Of a DNA stretch of 64,000 bases, positions 19,528 through 28,075 are shown one piece after another; positions within the stretch are counted from its first letter, which is position 1, and each line of letters begins with the position of its first letter. The stretch lies in contig JAJYNO010000009.1 of assembly GCA_021786295.1 (NCBI GenBank), forward strand, positions 35,977-99,976, in the 5' to 3' direction. Both the position numbers and the translations under genes were made by a program. Source of the stretch: a bacterium. GTDB taxonomy: Bacteria; Elusimicrobiota; Elusimicrobia; Elusimicrobiales; UBA9959. The notes below the pieces were generated by a model. It was not told the origin of the DNA and did no database searches. It worked only from the letters and a program-made list of their open reading frames with translations.

Positions 19528-20643
19528 ATGCGGCTGACCGCAAAATGGCTTATATGGTTCGTCGGGATAGGCATCTACGTGATGGTCCTTGGCGGCGTCT
19601 TCTATTACAACCTCTTCAAGTGGACGTTCGACGAGAAGCTGAAGACGGACGTGGTGGACAAGATCAAGACCTACGCGCCCACGATGCGCACCGGGCTGCT
19701 GAACAGCCCGGACGCCATCACTTTCGAGGAATACGACATCATGACCGAGCTCTCCAAGGACGAGCGGATCACCTCGCTGCTCTACCTGGACCGCATGGGC
19801 AGGGTGCGCTGGCACAAGGAAGCGCGCTTCATCGGCATGGGCTGGGACCAGCTGCAGAAGGAGGTTCCGCCGGCTACCGACGCGATCGCCCAGGCCTACC
19901 TGTCCAAGATGGTCAAGGTCCGCCAGGTCAGCGGCGAGCCGTTCTACGAGATCGCCATCCCGTTCTCCGTGCGGGGCGACATCATAGGCATAATAGACCT
20001 GCTGGTGTCGCGGGCCGGGGCAGAGGTGCTGATAGGCTCGGCGATGAGGAAGTACGTCTTCGGCGCAATAGGAGTGCTGTTCCTGCTGGGGCTGCCGCTG
20101 TACTTCTTCTTCCACCATTACGTCATCTCCCCGATGGAGGTGCTGCGCGAGAGCATAGAGGGCGTCTCGCTCAAGAACTTCGAGCTGCGCTTCCCGCTCC
20201 GGTCGGACGAGCTCGGGGACCTGGCGGCCTCGATAAACAGGCTGATGGGCAAGATGAAGACGGAGATAGAGGGGATCTCGAACAAGGACCGCACCTACAA
20301 GGAGGCCGAGCAGCGCTGGTGGCGCTCGCTGCTGAACATCATAGTCCCGGCCACCAGCTACGTGATAGTCGTGGACGAGAACAACAGCATCCTGTACGCC
20401 AATTTCGAGCTGGGGCAGGGCCTGGAGGCGAAGAACATCCACCTGCTGGACGTGGTGGACAGCCAGCAGCAGACCCTGCTGCGCCTGGTCGGGCAGGCCT
20501 TCGAGATGCCGGATCAGATCGTGGAGGGAGAGACCGTCTTCAAGGGGCAGAATTTCAACGTCAAGGTCCTGCACGTGGGCCAGACCGCCGACACCAACCG
20601 CACGCTGATACTTTTTCATCCCAAGGCCGGGATAGCTCTGTAG
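19528..20643 (+). CDS. Membrane sensor protein TM-periplasmic-TM-HAMP-PAS without output domain
   Basis: Two TMs, HAMP ('ISPMEVLRE...RSDELGDLAASINRL'), PAS-like end ('VIVVDENNSILYAN'). No H-box or GGDEF motif. Confidence 0.75.
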   Translation: MRLTAKWLIWFVGIGIYVMVLGGVFYYNLFKWTFDEKLKTDVVDKIKTYAPTMRTGLLNSPDAITFEEYDIMTELSKDERITSLLYLDRMGRVRWHKEARFIGMGWDQLQKEVPPATDAIAQAYLSKMVKVRQVSGEPFYEIAIPFSVRGDIIGIIDLLVSRAGAEVLIGSAMRKYVFGAIGVLFLLGLPLYFFFHHYVISPMEVLRESIEGVSLKNFELRFPLRSDELGDLAASINRLMGKMKTEIEGISNKDRTYKEAEQRWWRSLLNIIVPATSYVIVVDENNSILYANFELGQGLEAKNIHLLDVVDSQQQTLLRLVGQAFEMPDQIVEGETVFKGQNFNVKVLHVGQTADTNRTLILFHPKAGIAL

Positions 20644-20655
20644 CGGGCCCCGGGC

Positions 20656-20684
20656 TTGTCGTTCCCGTCCAATAATTATATATT
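20656..20684 (+). promoter_or_regulatory. Putative sigma70 promoter TTGTCG-N17-TATATT
   Basis: Correct 17-bp spacing in an AT-rich gap before the small membrane protein and regulator genes. Confidence 0.5.
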
Positions 20685-20736
20685 GTATAACCGAGCGCGC
20701 CGCGGCGCGCCGCTGTCGTTCATTTTTGGAGGGAAC

Positions 20737-21033
20737 ATGAAACTCGAAGTGCGCAATATCAGCGTTAGCTCCCTTGTCGGTTCGTCCCTGCCGCTGGTGA
20801 TCTTCGTCCTGGCGCTGCTCGGCGGCGCGGTGTCCTACCTGGTCATCCCCAATCCGCAGCTGGCCACGATGAGCGCGGCCCAGAGGCTGCTCAGCGTCGG
20901 CCTGTACGGCCTGCTCTACGTCGTGATAGCCACCGCCCTGCTGGTGTTCACGGCTTTCGTGTACAACATCCTGACGGAGGTGCTGGGCCTGCACGGCGTC
21001 GTTTTGGACATAGAGGAGATATCCCAGGATTGA
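20737..21033 (+). CDS. Small two-TM membrane protein (DUF3566-like)
   Basis: GGAGGG RBS, ATG 20737; 'MKLEVRNISVSSL...AFVYNILTEVLGLHGVVLDIEE'. Confidence 0.7.
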   Translation: MKLEVRNISVSSLVGSSLPLVIFVLALLGGAVSYLVIPNPQLATMSAAQRLLSVGLYGLLYVVIATALLVFTAFVYNILTEVLGLHGVVLDIEEISQD

Positions 21034-21065
21034 CGGAGCGGCAGGCGCTCCGCGGGAGAACATCT

Positions 21066-21827
21066 GTGAAAATAAACATTATCTTCGCTTCCAAGGACCT
21101 CTCCAGGGCCTCCCTGATGCTCGAGATGCTGTCGCGCCAGGGCTATTCCGTGGCCACCGCCAGCCGCGCCCGCGAGGTCATGGGGATGCTGGCTGAGAAG
21201 TCCTTCGACATGGTCATGATCGGACAGAACCTGGCGGACGAGGAGGGGCTGACCTTCCTGAAGAACCTGCGGGCCAAGAACAAGAACATCCCGGTCATCG
21301 CGGTCCTTGAATCCCCCGACACCTACCTGGACCACATGCCGTCCGGGCTGAGCGCCGAGACGCTGATGCCGCACGGTCCCTCCGGCCGCGAGGCGCCGAA
21401 GATCTCGTACAAGCTCGCCTTCTTCCAGCTCGGCGCCGACGAGGTGCTGGCCTACAGCCAGGACCTGCACGAGAGCGTGGCCCGCATCCGGGCCGTCGTG
21501 CGCCGTACCGTCAGCGTTCAGGCCGACGAGGTCCTGAAGATGAACGAGATAGAGCTGAACATGTCCAGCTACACCGTACGCATAGCGAACAGGGAGATCA
21601 CGGTGACGGCCAAGGAGTTCGACCTGCTCTACGTCTTCCTGAGCTCCCCCAACCGCGTGCTGTCGAGGCCCTACCTGATAGAGCGCGTGTGGGGCTACAA
21701 CTATTTCGGTTCGCCGCGCACGGTGGACGTGCACGTGCGCCGTCTGCGCTCCAAGATGGGCAAGGCCGCGCGCTACGTCCATACGGTGCCCTGCGTCGGC
21801 TACAAGCTGGTGCCGGGCACCAAGTAG
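21066..21827 (+). CDS. Atypical OmpR/PhoB-family response regulator (pseudo-receiver + winged helix)
   Basis: Likely GTG start 21066. Intact wHTH 'TAKEFDLL...VLSRPYLIERVWG...RTVDVHVRRLRSK...HTVPCVGY'. The receiver lacks the phospho-Asp and the conserved Lys. Confidence 0.88.
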   Translation: MKINIIFASKDLSRASLMLEMLSRQGYSVATASRAREVMGMLAEKSFDMVMIGQNLADEEGLTFLKNLRAKNKNIPVIAVLESPDTYLDHMPSGLSAETLMPHGPSGREAPKISYKLAFFQLGADEVLAYSQDLHESVARIRAVVRRTVSVQADEVLKMNEIELNMSSYTVRIANREITVTAKEFDLLYVFLSSPNRVLSRPYLIERVWGYNYFGSPRTVDVHVRRLRSKMGKAARYVHTVPCVGYKLVPGTK

Positions 21828-21846
21828 GGGAGACACGGAGGTTAAC

Positions 21847-22221
21847 ATGGCACACAAGATACTCGTTATCGACGACGACACCCACCTGCGCGAGAGCCTG
21901 GCCGAGGTGCTGGACATGGAGGGGTTCGAGACGCTGGAGGCCGGCAACGCCAAGTCTGGCATCGCCTCCGCCAAGAAGCAGAATCCCGACGTGGTGATCA
22001 TGGACATCCAGCTGCCGGACTCCTCCGGCTTCCAGATCTGCCAGGAGCTGCGCAAGCATTCCAGGGATTTCATCCTGATAATGATGACGGGCCGCTTCCT
22101 GTCCGCCGAGGAGAAGACCCAGGGGCTGAGCCTCGGCGCGGACGAGTACATCACGAAGCCGTTCGACATCAGGGAGCTTTCTATCCGCATACGCCAGCTG
22201 CTCGGCAGAAAGGGGAAATGA
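21847..22221 (+). CDS. Single-domain response regulator (receiver only)
   Basis: 'ILVIDDD', 'VVIMDIQLP', 'GADEYITKPF'. Confidence 0.92.
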   Translation: MAHKILVIDDDTHLRESLAEVLDMEGFETLEAGNAKSGIASAKKQNPDVVIMDIQLPDSSGFQICQELRKHSRDFILIMMTGRFLSAEEKTQGLSLGADEYITKPFDIRELSIRIRQLLGRKGK

Positions 22222-22222
22222 G

Positions 22223-23659
22223 ATGAGAAAATACGCATTGCTGCTCGCTTCGCTTCTTTTGGCCTCCCAGGCGCCAGCCGCGGTCCGGCGCGCCTCGCCG
22301 GCCGAAGGCGGCCGGATGACGCTGTACCTGGAGGCCATGGACGGCCAGGGCTGGCAGCTCTTCTTCAAGGCCGACGCCGTTAGGCGCGCGCTGCCCGCCT
22401 CCACGCTGCGCGTCCTGCCGCTGGTCACGAAGGGGACCGACGGCAAGTTCGCCTCGCGCCGCGGGCCGCAGGAGCTGGAGGAGGCCACGCGGCTCGCCGT
22501 GCTGGCGGCGGACTATCCGTCCAGGCTTTTGGCCTATCTCAACGGCCGCTCCCTCAGCCCCGACTCGGACGGCTGGCGCGACGCCGCCCTTTACGCCGGG
22601 ATCAACCCGGACGAGCTGGCGAAGAAGGCGGCCGCCGAGGGCCAGGCCGATCTGGCGAAGGCCTACGCCGCCTCGTCGGCCGCGGGGGCCGAAAGCTCCG
22701 AGCTGCTGCTGGACGGCAAGCCTTACGGCGGCTCCTCGAGGCTGATGGGGCTTTACGAGGCCGTCAACTCCTCGCTGCCGCCCGCCAGGCGCGTGAAGCC
22801 GCCGAAGGGCTATATCCCGAAGCCGCCGCCTCCGCCGCCGGGGTTCTGGGTCGTGCTCAGCTCCGGCATCCGGGAGAACCCGCAGCTGGTCGGCGTGTTC
22901 AGCCGCTACTTCGACGGGATAAAGGCCGACGTGCTCGACTACAACTCTCCGCAGCGCGCCAAGCTGTTCCCCGCGCTGCGCTACGTGCCGTCCTACATCC
23001 TGCAGGCAACCCCCGAGGCCAAAAAACAGCTGAGCCGGGAGATCCAGGCCGGGCTTTTCAGCGAGACCTCCGGGTACCTGGTCTTCGAGGACCGCCAGCA
23101 GCGCGGCGTATACGCGGACATGCCGGAGAAGAAGGATACGCTGGACGTCTACGTGATGAGCCATTGCCCCTACGGCGTCATGGCCGAGAACTCGCTGCTG
23201 CAGGCGGAAAAGGACAAGCTGCTGCCCGAGGGCCTTAAGTGGACCATCCACTACATCGGCGACGCGTCCAAGGGCGCCGACGGCCAGTGGACCTTCTCCA
23301 GCCTGCACGGGGACGCCGAATGGCGGGAGGACGCCAGGCAGCTCTATATAGCCGAGAAGTACCCCGGCAAGTTCCACGACTACCTGGCGGAGCGGGACAA
23401 GAACATAAACGGGGACTGGAAGGAGGCCGCCAAGGCCGCCGGGATAGACGCGGCCGACGTGGAGGCCAGTTCCGAGGCGGCCAAGGCCCTGCTGGCGGCC
23501 GATTTCGCCGCTTCCGGCGACATGGGCATGACCACCTCGCCGTCCTTCCTGGTGAACGGCCGGGAATTCATGGTGGGGCTCGGGGCGCTGATGAAGACGC
23601 CCGGCTTCGAAAAAGTGCCGGCGCCGGGCCAGCCGCCGGCCGGCGGCTGCAACAAGTAA
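22223..23659 (+). CDS. Exported thioredoxin/DsbA-like protein with duplicated domain (SHCPYG motif)
   Basis: Signal peptide and two similar halves ('F.S..G..E..E..R'). The C-half has 'YVMSHCPYG' and the cis-Pro motif 'TTSPSFLVNG'. Confidence 0.65.
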   Translation: MRKYALLLASLLLASQAPAAVRRASPAEGGRMTLYLEAMDGQGWQLFFKADAVRRALPASTLRVLPLVTKGTDGKFASRRGPQELEEATRLAVLAADYPSRLLAYLNGRSLSPDSDGWRDAALYAGINPDELAKKAAAEGQADLAKAYAASSAAGAESSELLLDGKPYGGSSRLMGLYEAVNSSLPPARRVKPPKGYIPKPPPPPPGFWVVLSSGIRENPQLVGVFSRYFDGIKADVLDYNSPQRAKLFPALRYVPSYILQATPEAKKQLSREIQAGLFSETSGYLVFEDRQQRGVYADMPEKKDTLDVYVMSHCPYGVMAENSLLQAEKDKLLPEGLKWTIHYIGDASKGADGQWTFSSLHGDAEWREDARQLYIAEKYPGKFHDYLAERDKNINGDWKEAAKAAGIDAADVEASSEAAKALLAADFAASGDMGMTTSPSFLVNGREFMVGLGALMKTPGFEKVPAPGQPPAGGCNK

Positions 23660-23670
23660 GCGCGCCAGCG

Positions 23671-23705
23671 GAACGCGCCGGCCCCGCGGCCGGCGCGTTC
23701 TTTTT
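23671..23705 (+). terminator. Intrinsic terminator
   Basis: gaacgcgccggcc-ccgc-ggccggcgcgttc followed by ttttt. Confidence 0.85.
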
Positions 23706-23722
23706 CCATATAGCTTCTCCCC

Positions 23723-23754
23723 GAAACAATTCCGTAACAGGCCTTTGTGATAAT
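23723..23754 (+). promoter_or_regulatory. GAAAC-N6-GTAAC-N10-GATAAT box upstream of the histidine kinase
   Basis: gaaacaattccgtaaca parallels gaaacattatagtaaca at 198, with the same offset to a -10-like hexamer. Confidence 0.55.
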
Positions 23755-23783
23755 ATAAAGGCGCCGGAAAAGCGCGCCCATAT

Positions 23784-25685
23784 ATGACCGAAGCACCCAA
23801 GAAACGAGGACGGCTTTTCTACAAGCTGCTGCTGATCTTCCTGATCGTCTCGCTCGTGCCGCTCGGCATCGTCGGATATTACCTCGTCAACCTCAGCCAG
23901 CTGACGCTCAACCGCGCCATCTCGCGCGACCAGGAGGCCCTGGCCGTCGGCTTCGCCGACACGGTCTCCAGCTACATCATCAATTTCCGCAACGTCCTCT
24001 CGGACGCCGCGCACATGCCCGATTTCGCCTCGATGGACACGGCCAAGCAGCAGGCGCTGGTCAGCCACATCATGCAGCTGCACCCGGCCTTCCTGGAGAT
24101 CTCCGTGGTGGACGCCAGCGGCCAGGAGCGCGTGCGGCTGGGGCGCTTCGTGCACGACACCACGATGCGCGACTTCTCCAACAACCCGCTCTTCACCAGG
24201 CTGATGCGCTCCGGGGAGATCGTCGGCGGGCTCGAGCGCTACATGGGCTCCTATCCGGCCATCACGATGGGCGTTCAGATCGTCAACCTGCAGACCGGCC
24301 AGCCGGAGGGCGCCATCCTCGCCAAGATGAGCCTGACGGCCCTCTCGAGCCTGCTGAAGACGGGCTTCCCGGAGACTACGCACACGCAGGCGGCGGTAAT
24401 AGACTCTGACGGCTTCCTGATAGCCGATTCGGACGAGAAGGAGATCTACAAGCCCGACGCGAAGCTGCCGGACGACGTGCTGCGCGTGCTGCTGCAGAAC
24501 GACGCGAAGAGCGGCGGCGGCGAGCTGGTGCTGCAGTCCACGGGCGAGCGCGTGCTGGGGGCCTTCGCGGAGGTGGCGGACCTGGGCTGGGTGGTCTACA
24601 TCCAGCGCTCCATCTCGGTGGCCTACCAGGCCTCCGACGACATGCTCAAGCGCACCTGGCGCATGATGCTGATAGTCACGGTTTTCGTGCTGTTCCTCGG
24701 CTACGCGGTGTCGCTGGTCATCACGCAGCCCATCCAGGCGCTGCGCGAGGCCGCGATCAAGCTGGGCGAGGGGGACTTCGACTACTTCCCCGATCTCAGC
24801 ATGCCCAACGACGAGATCGGAGAGCTCGCTCACACCTTCATGCAGATGAGCGAGAGCCTCAAGGTCAAGACGGCCGAGATCATGACGGCCAAGGACGAGC
24901 TGGAGAGGCTCAACCGCAGCCTCGAGAACCGCGTCGAGGCCCGCACGAGGGAGCTCCGGAGCGCGCAGGACGAGCTGATCAAGAAGGAGCGGCTGGCCGC
25001 GATCGGGCAGATGGCTTCCGTAGTGGGCCACGAGATCCGCAACCCGCTCGCGGTCATCAACAACTCTGTCTACTACATCAAGACCAAGGCCGCCGCCGGC
25101 CAGAACCCGGACCCGAAAGTGGCCAAGCACATCTCGATCATAGAGTCGGAGATCCGGCAGGCCAACGGCATCATAGACGAGATCCTCGGCTTCGCCCGCA
25201 CGCGCGAGCTGAACCCGAAGGTCATGCATATCAATTCCTACCTCGAGGACCTGACGATGAGCTTCCCGGTGCCGCCGCATATAGAGCTTGTCAAGAGCTT
25301 CGCGCCGGAGAACCCTTACGTCAACATCGACCCGGACGAAATGGCGCAGGCGCTCCGGAACCTGATCAAGAACGGCATAGAGGTCATGCCGGAGCACGGC
25401 AAGGTCTTCGTGCGCAGCGAAGTGGTCGAGGGCAACATGGTGCGCATAGACGTGGAGGATACAGGCCCCGGCATGCCGAAGGAGACGCTGGAGAAGATCT
25501 TCGCGCCGTTCTTCACGACTAAGGCCCGCGGAACCGGCCTCGGTCTCGCCGTGGTCAAGAAGGTGGCGGACCGCCACAAGGGCCGCGTGGAGGTCTCGAG
25601 CGTGGTCGGGAAGGGGACCTGCTTCAAGATCTTCATCCCGGTGGCCCAGGGCGCGCCTCCTCCTCCCCCGCCGCCGGCGCGTTGA
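23784..25685 (+). CDS. Sensor histidine kinase (Cache-HAMP-HisKA-HATPase)
   Basis: Two TMs, HAMP, 'VGHEIRNPL', 'NLIKNG', 'DTGPG', 'FFTTK.RGTGLGL'. Confidence 0.95.
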   Translation: MTEAPKKRGRLFYKLLLIFLIVSLVPLGIVGYYLVNLSQLTLNRAISRDQEALAVGFADTVSSYIINFRNVLSDAAHMPDFASMDTAKQQALVSHIMQLHPAFLEISVVDASGQERVRLGRFVHDTTMRDFSNNPLFTRLMRSGEIVGGLERYMGSYPAITMGVQIVNLQTGQPEGAILAKMSLTALSSLLKTGFPETTHTQAAVIDSDGFLIADSDEKEIYKPDAKLPDDVLRVLLQNDAKSGGGELVLQSTGERVLGAFAEVADLGWVVYIQRSISVAYQASDDMLKRTWRMMLIVTVFVLFLGYAVSLVITQPIQALREAAIKLGEGDFDYFPDLSMPNDEIGELAHTFMQMSESLKVKTAEIMTAKDELERLNRSLENRVEARTRELRSAQDELIKKERLAAIGQMASVVGHEIRNPLAVINNSVYYIKTKAAAGQNPDPKVAKHISIIESEIRQANGIIDEILGFARTRELNPKVMHINSYLEDLTMSFPVPPHIELVKSFAPENPYVNIDPDEMAQALRNLIKNGIEVMPEHGKVFVRSEVVEGNMVRIDVEDTGPGMPKETLEKIFAPFFTTKARGTGLGLAVVKKVADRHKGRVEVSSVVGKGTCFKIFIPVAQGAPPPPPPPAR

Positions 25686-25723
25686 CCCCGGCCGCCGGCT
25701 TTCCCGCGGCGGCCAGGTCCCTC

Positions 25724-25752
25724 TTGTATTGCCGGCCCTAAATTAATATAAA
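25724..25752 (+). promoter_or_regulatory. Putative sigma70 promoter TTGTAT-N17-TATAAA
   Basis: 17-bp spacing in an AT-rich gap before the hybrid kinase. Confidence 0.55.
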
Positions 25753-25790
25753 TATATGAGCGCACGGCCGGCGGCCTGGCGCCTAGACAC

Positions 25791-26975
25791 ATGGACAGCA
25801 AGATACTCATCGTGGACGACGACGCGCACCTGCGCGAGACGCTGCGCGACCTGCTGGAGATGGAGGGCTACAAGGTCTCCGAGGCGGAATCCGGCGCCGC
25901 CGCGATGAAGATGGTCGTCTCCGATTTCTTCCACGTCATCCTGATGGACTTCAACCTGACCGACAAGACCGGCATCGAGGTCATCAAGGACATCCGCAAG
26001 CTCAACACCGACAGCCAGATCCTGATGATGACCGCGCACGCCTCCCTCGACACAGCGGTCAAGGCCATCCAGGAGTCGGTCTACGACTTCCTGATCAAGC
26101 CAGTCGATTTCAACTACCTGCGCCGCGCCATCAAGAAGGCCGAGGAGAAGCTGTACCTCGAGCAGGAGAACAAGCGCCTCATCGACATGCTCAAGCACAA
26201 CAACGAGGAGCTCGACCGCCTCAACGGCATGAAGAGCAAGTTCATGTCGATGGCCTCGCACGACCTCTCCAACGCGCTGATGACGCTGCAGATCAGCTTC
26301 GAGATGCTGGCCGCCACGATCACGCCCAACAACGACCAGAAGAAGAAGATGGACTTCATCAGCGCGAGCATCACGCAGATCTCGCGCCTGATAGGCGACC
26401 TCGTGGACTGGGCCTCGATAGAGCAGGGCAAGTTCCGCCTCGAGAAGAACTATTTCGAGATGGACAAGATGGTGGAGGAGCTGGTCGTCGGGCCCAGGGC
26501 CCGCGCGATGCAGAAGAACATCGAGATCTCCACCGAGGTCTCGCCCGGGCTCAAGCTGGTGTGCGCCGACCGCCGCCGCATCGGCCAGGTGCTGATGAAC
26601 CTGCTCGAGAACGCGATACGCCACACGCAGCGCGGCGGGAGGATCACCGTTTCCGTGGCCCCCTTCGAGCAGGACAGGGACAACGTCTGCGTGGCCGTCA
26701 GGGACAACGGCGAGGGCATAGACCCCGAGGTGCTGCCGAAGCTGGGCCAGAGCTTCTATCAGCCGGCCGGCGGCAAGTCGCCGCACGGGCGCCTCGGGCT
26801 GGGGCTTTCAATTTCCAAGGAGATAGTGCAGAGCCACGACGGGCGCATCATCGTGGAGAGCGAGGGGGTGGGCAAGGGCTCCGCCTTCAAGTTCGTTATA
26901 CCGTTCGCCAAGGAGCCGCCCCCGCCCGAAGCGGGCAGAGAGGGGCAGCCGGCCGGCGGGGGGCAGCAGAAGTAA
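25791..26975 (+). CDS. Hybrid receiver-histidine kinase (cytoplasmic)
   Basis: N-terminal REC ('IVDDD', 'ILMDFN', 'FLIKP'), 'ASHDL' H-box, 'NLLENA', 'DNGEGI', 'GLGLSI'. Confidence 0.93.
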   Translation: MDSKILIVDDDAHLRETLRDLLEMEGYKVSEAESGAAAMKMVVSDFFHVILMDFNLTDKTGIEVIKDIRKLNTDSQILMMTAHASLDTAVKAIQESVYDFLIKPVDFNYLRRAIKKAEEKLYLEQENKRLIDMLKHNNEELDRLNGMKSKFMSMASHDLSNALMTLQISFEMLAATITPNNDQKKKMDFISASITQISRLIGDLVDWASIEQGKFRLEKNYFEMDKMVEELVVGPRARAMQKNIEISTEVSPGLKLVCADRRRIGQVLMNLLENAIRHTQRGGRITVSVAPFEQDRDNVCVAVRDNGEGIDPEVLPKLGQSFYQPAGGKSPHGRLGLGLSISKEIVQSHDGRIIVESEGVGKGSAFKFVIPFAKEPPPPEAGREGQPAGGGQQK

Positions 26976-27000
26976 AAACAGGCAGCATAAGGAGCTGAAT

Positions 27001-27675
27001 ATGGCCGTTGCCAAGAAGAACGTGACCGTGCTGATAGCTGACGACCAGACCCTTTTCCGCGAGGGCATAAAGGACCTGCTCGAGGACGAGAAAGGCATAG
27101 AGGTGGTGGGAGAGGCCTCCACCGGCCCGGAGGCCGTGGCGCTCGCCAAGAAGATCAAGCCCGACGTGATCCTGATGGACATCAAGCTGCCGCAGATGGA
27201 CGGCGTGTCAGCGACGCGCATCATCCGCAAGGAATGTCCGGCGACCAACGTGCTGATCCTGTCCTCCTACGAGGACGAGGCCCACGTGACCGAGGCCATC
27301 CAGGCCGGCGCGAACGGCTACCTGTCCAAGATGCTCCCGGCCAGCGAACTGGTGCACGCGCTGAAGACCTTCACCAGCGAGGGCGTGATGATACCCCAGC
27401 CTATCATGGGCAAGCTGATCCAGGGCCTGCGCCAGATGGGCACCCCAGGCTACGACAGCGCGCCGGATTCCCTGACCGCCACCGAGATCAAGGTGATGGC
27501 GCTGCTCGGCAAGGGCAAGAGCAACAAGGAGATAGCGGCGGAGCTCAACTGCTCCGTGAAGACGGTGAAGAACCACCTGAACAGCATCTTCCAGAAGCTC
27601 GGCGTCAACAACCGCACCGAGGCGGTGGTAAAGGCCATAGAGAAGGGCCTGATCTCCCCCGAGGACGGCAGATAA
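27001..27675 (+). CDS. NarL/LuxR-family DNA-binding response regulator
   Basis: 'IADDQ', 'ILMDIKLP', 'LTATEIKV...GKSNKEIA.ELNCSVKTVKNHL..IFQKLGV.NRTEAV'. Confidence 0.95.
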   Translation: MAVAKKNVTVLIADDQTLFREGIKDLLEDEKGIEVVGEASTGPEAVALAKKIKPDVILMDIKLPQMDGVSATRIIRKECPATNVLILSSYEDEAHVTEAIQAGANGYLSKMLPASELVHALKTFTSEGVMIPQPIMGKLIQGLRQMGTPGYDSAPDSLTATEIKVMALLGKGKSNKEIAAELNCSVKTVKNHLNSIFQKLGVNNRTEAVVKAIEKGLISPEDGR

Positions 27676-27694
27676 GCCTCCCCGGCGCGGGACG

Positions 27695-27726
27695 AACGGC
27701 CGGCCCGGCAAAGGCCGGCCGTTTTT
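27695..27726 (+). terminator. Intrinsic terminator
   Basis: aacggccggcc / ggccggccgtt stem followed by a T-tract. Confidence 0.75.
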
Positions 27727-27767
27727 ACGGGCGCCCGCAACAATAAAGAAACAACGGTAAGCTATAC

Positions 27768-27796
27768 TTGAAGCAGGCGGTTTTTGGTGCTATAAC
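27768..27796 (+). promoter_or_regulatory. sigma70 promoter TTGAAG-N17-(TGc)TATAAC
   Basis: Near-consensus elements; the TGCTATAACATT string is identical to the promoter at 31580. Confidence 0.65.
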
Positions 27797-27839
27797 ATTC
27801 TGAGAGGGGCGGCCGCGAAGCCGGTCCCCGCGGACGTCT

Positions 27840-28055
27840 ATGGAAGAAATGCGGTTCTTGGGCCTGTCCTTCCAGCTGTTGCGCTCCCTGCGCCGCCGGC
27901 GGCCGAGGCGGGGGCAGACCACGGTGGAATACCTGCTGCTGCTGGCCGTCATAGTGGGCATGACCCTCATGATGGGGGTGCTCTTCTACCGCCGCATACT
28001 GGGGGGCTTCTTCACGCTGGTGGGGATGATCATAGGCGCGGGCACCCCCAAGTGA
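27840..28055 (+). CDS. Flp-like pilin (third copy)
   Basis: RRG|QTTVEYLLLLAVIVGMTLMMG. Confidence 0.8.
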   Translation: MEEMRFLGLSFQLLRSLRRRRPRRGQTTVEYLLLLAVIVGMTLMMGVLFYRRILGGFFTLVGMIIGAGTPK

Positions 28056-28075
28056 GGGCGCGCTAAAAAAGGGCT

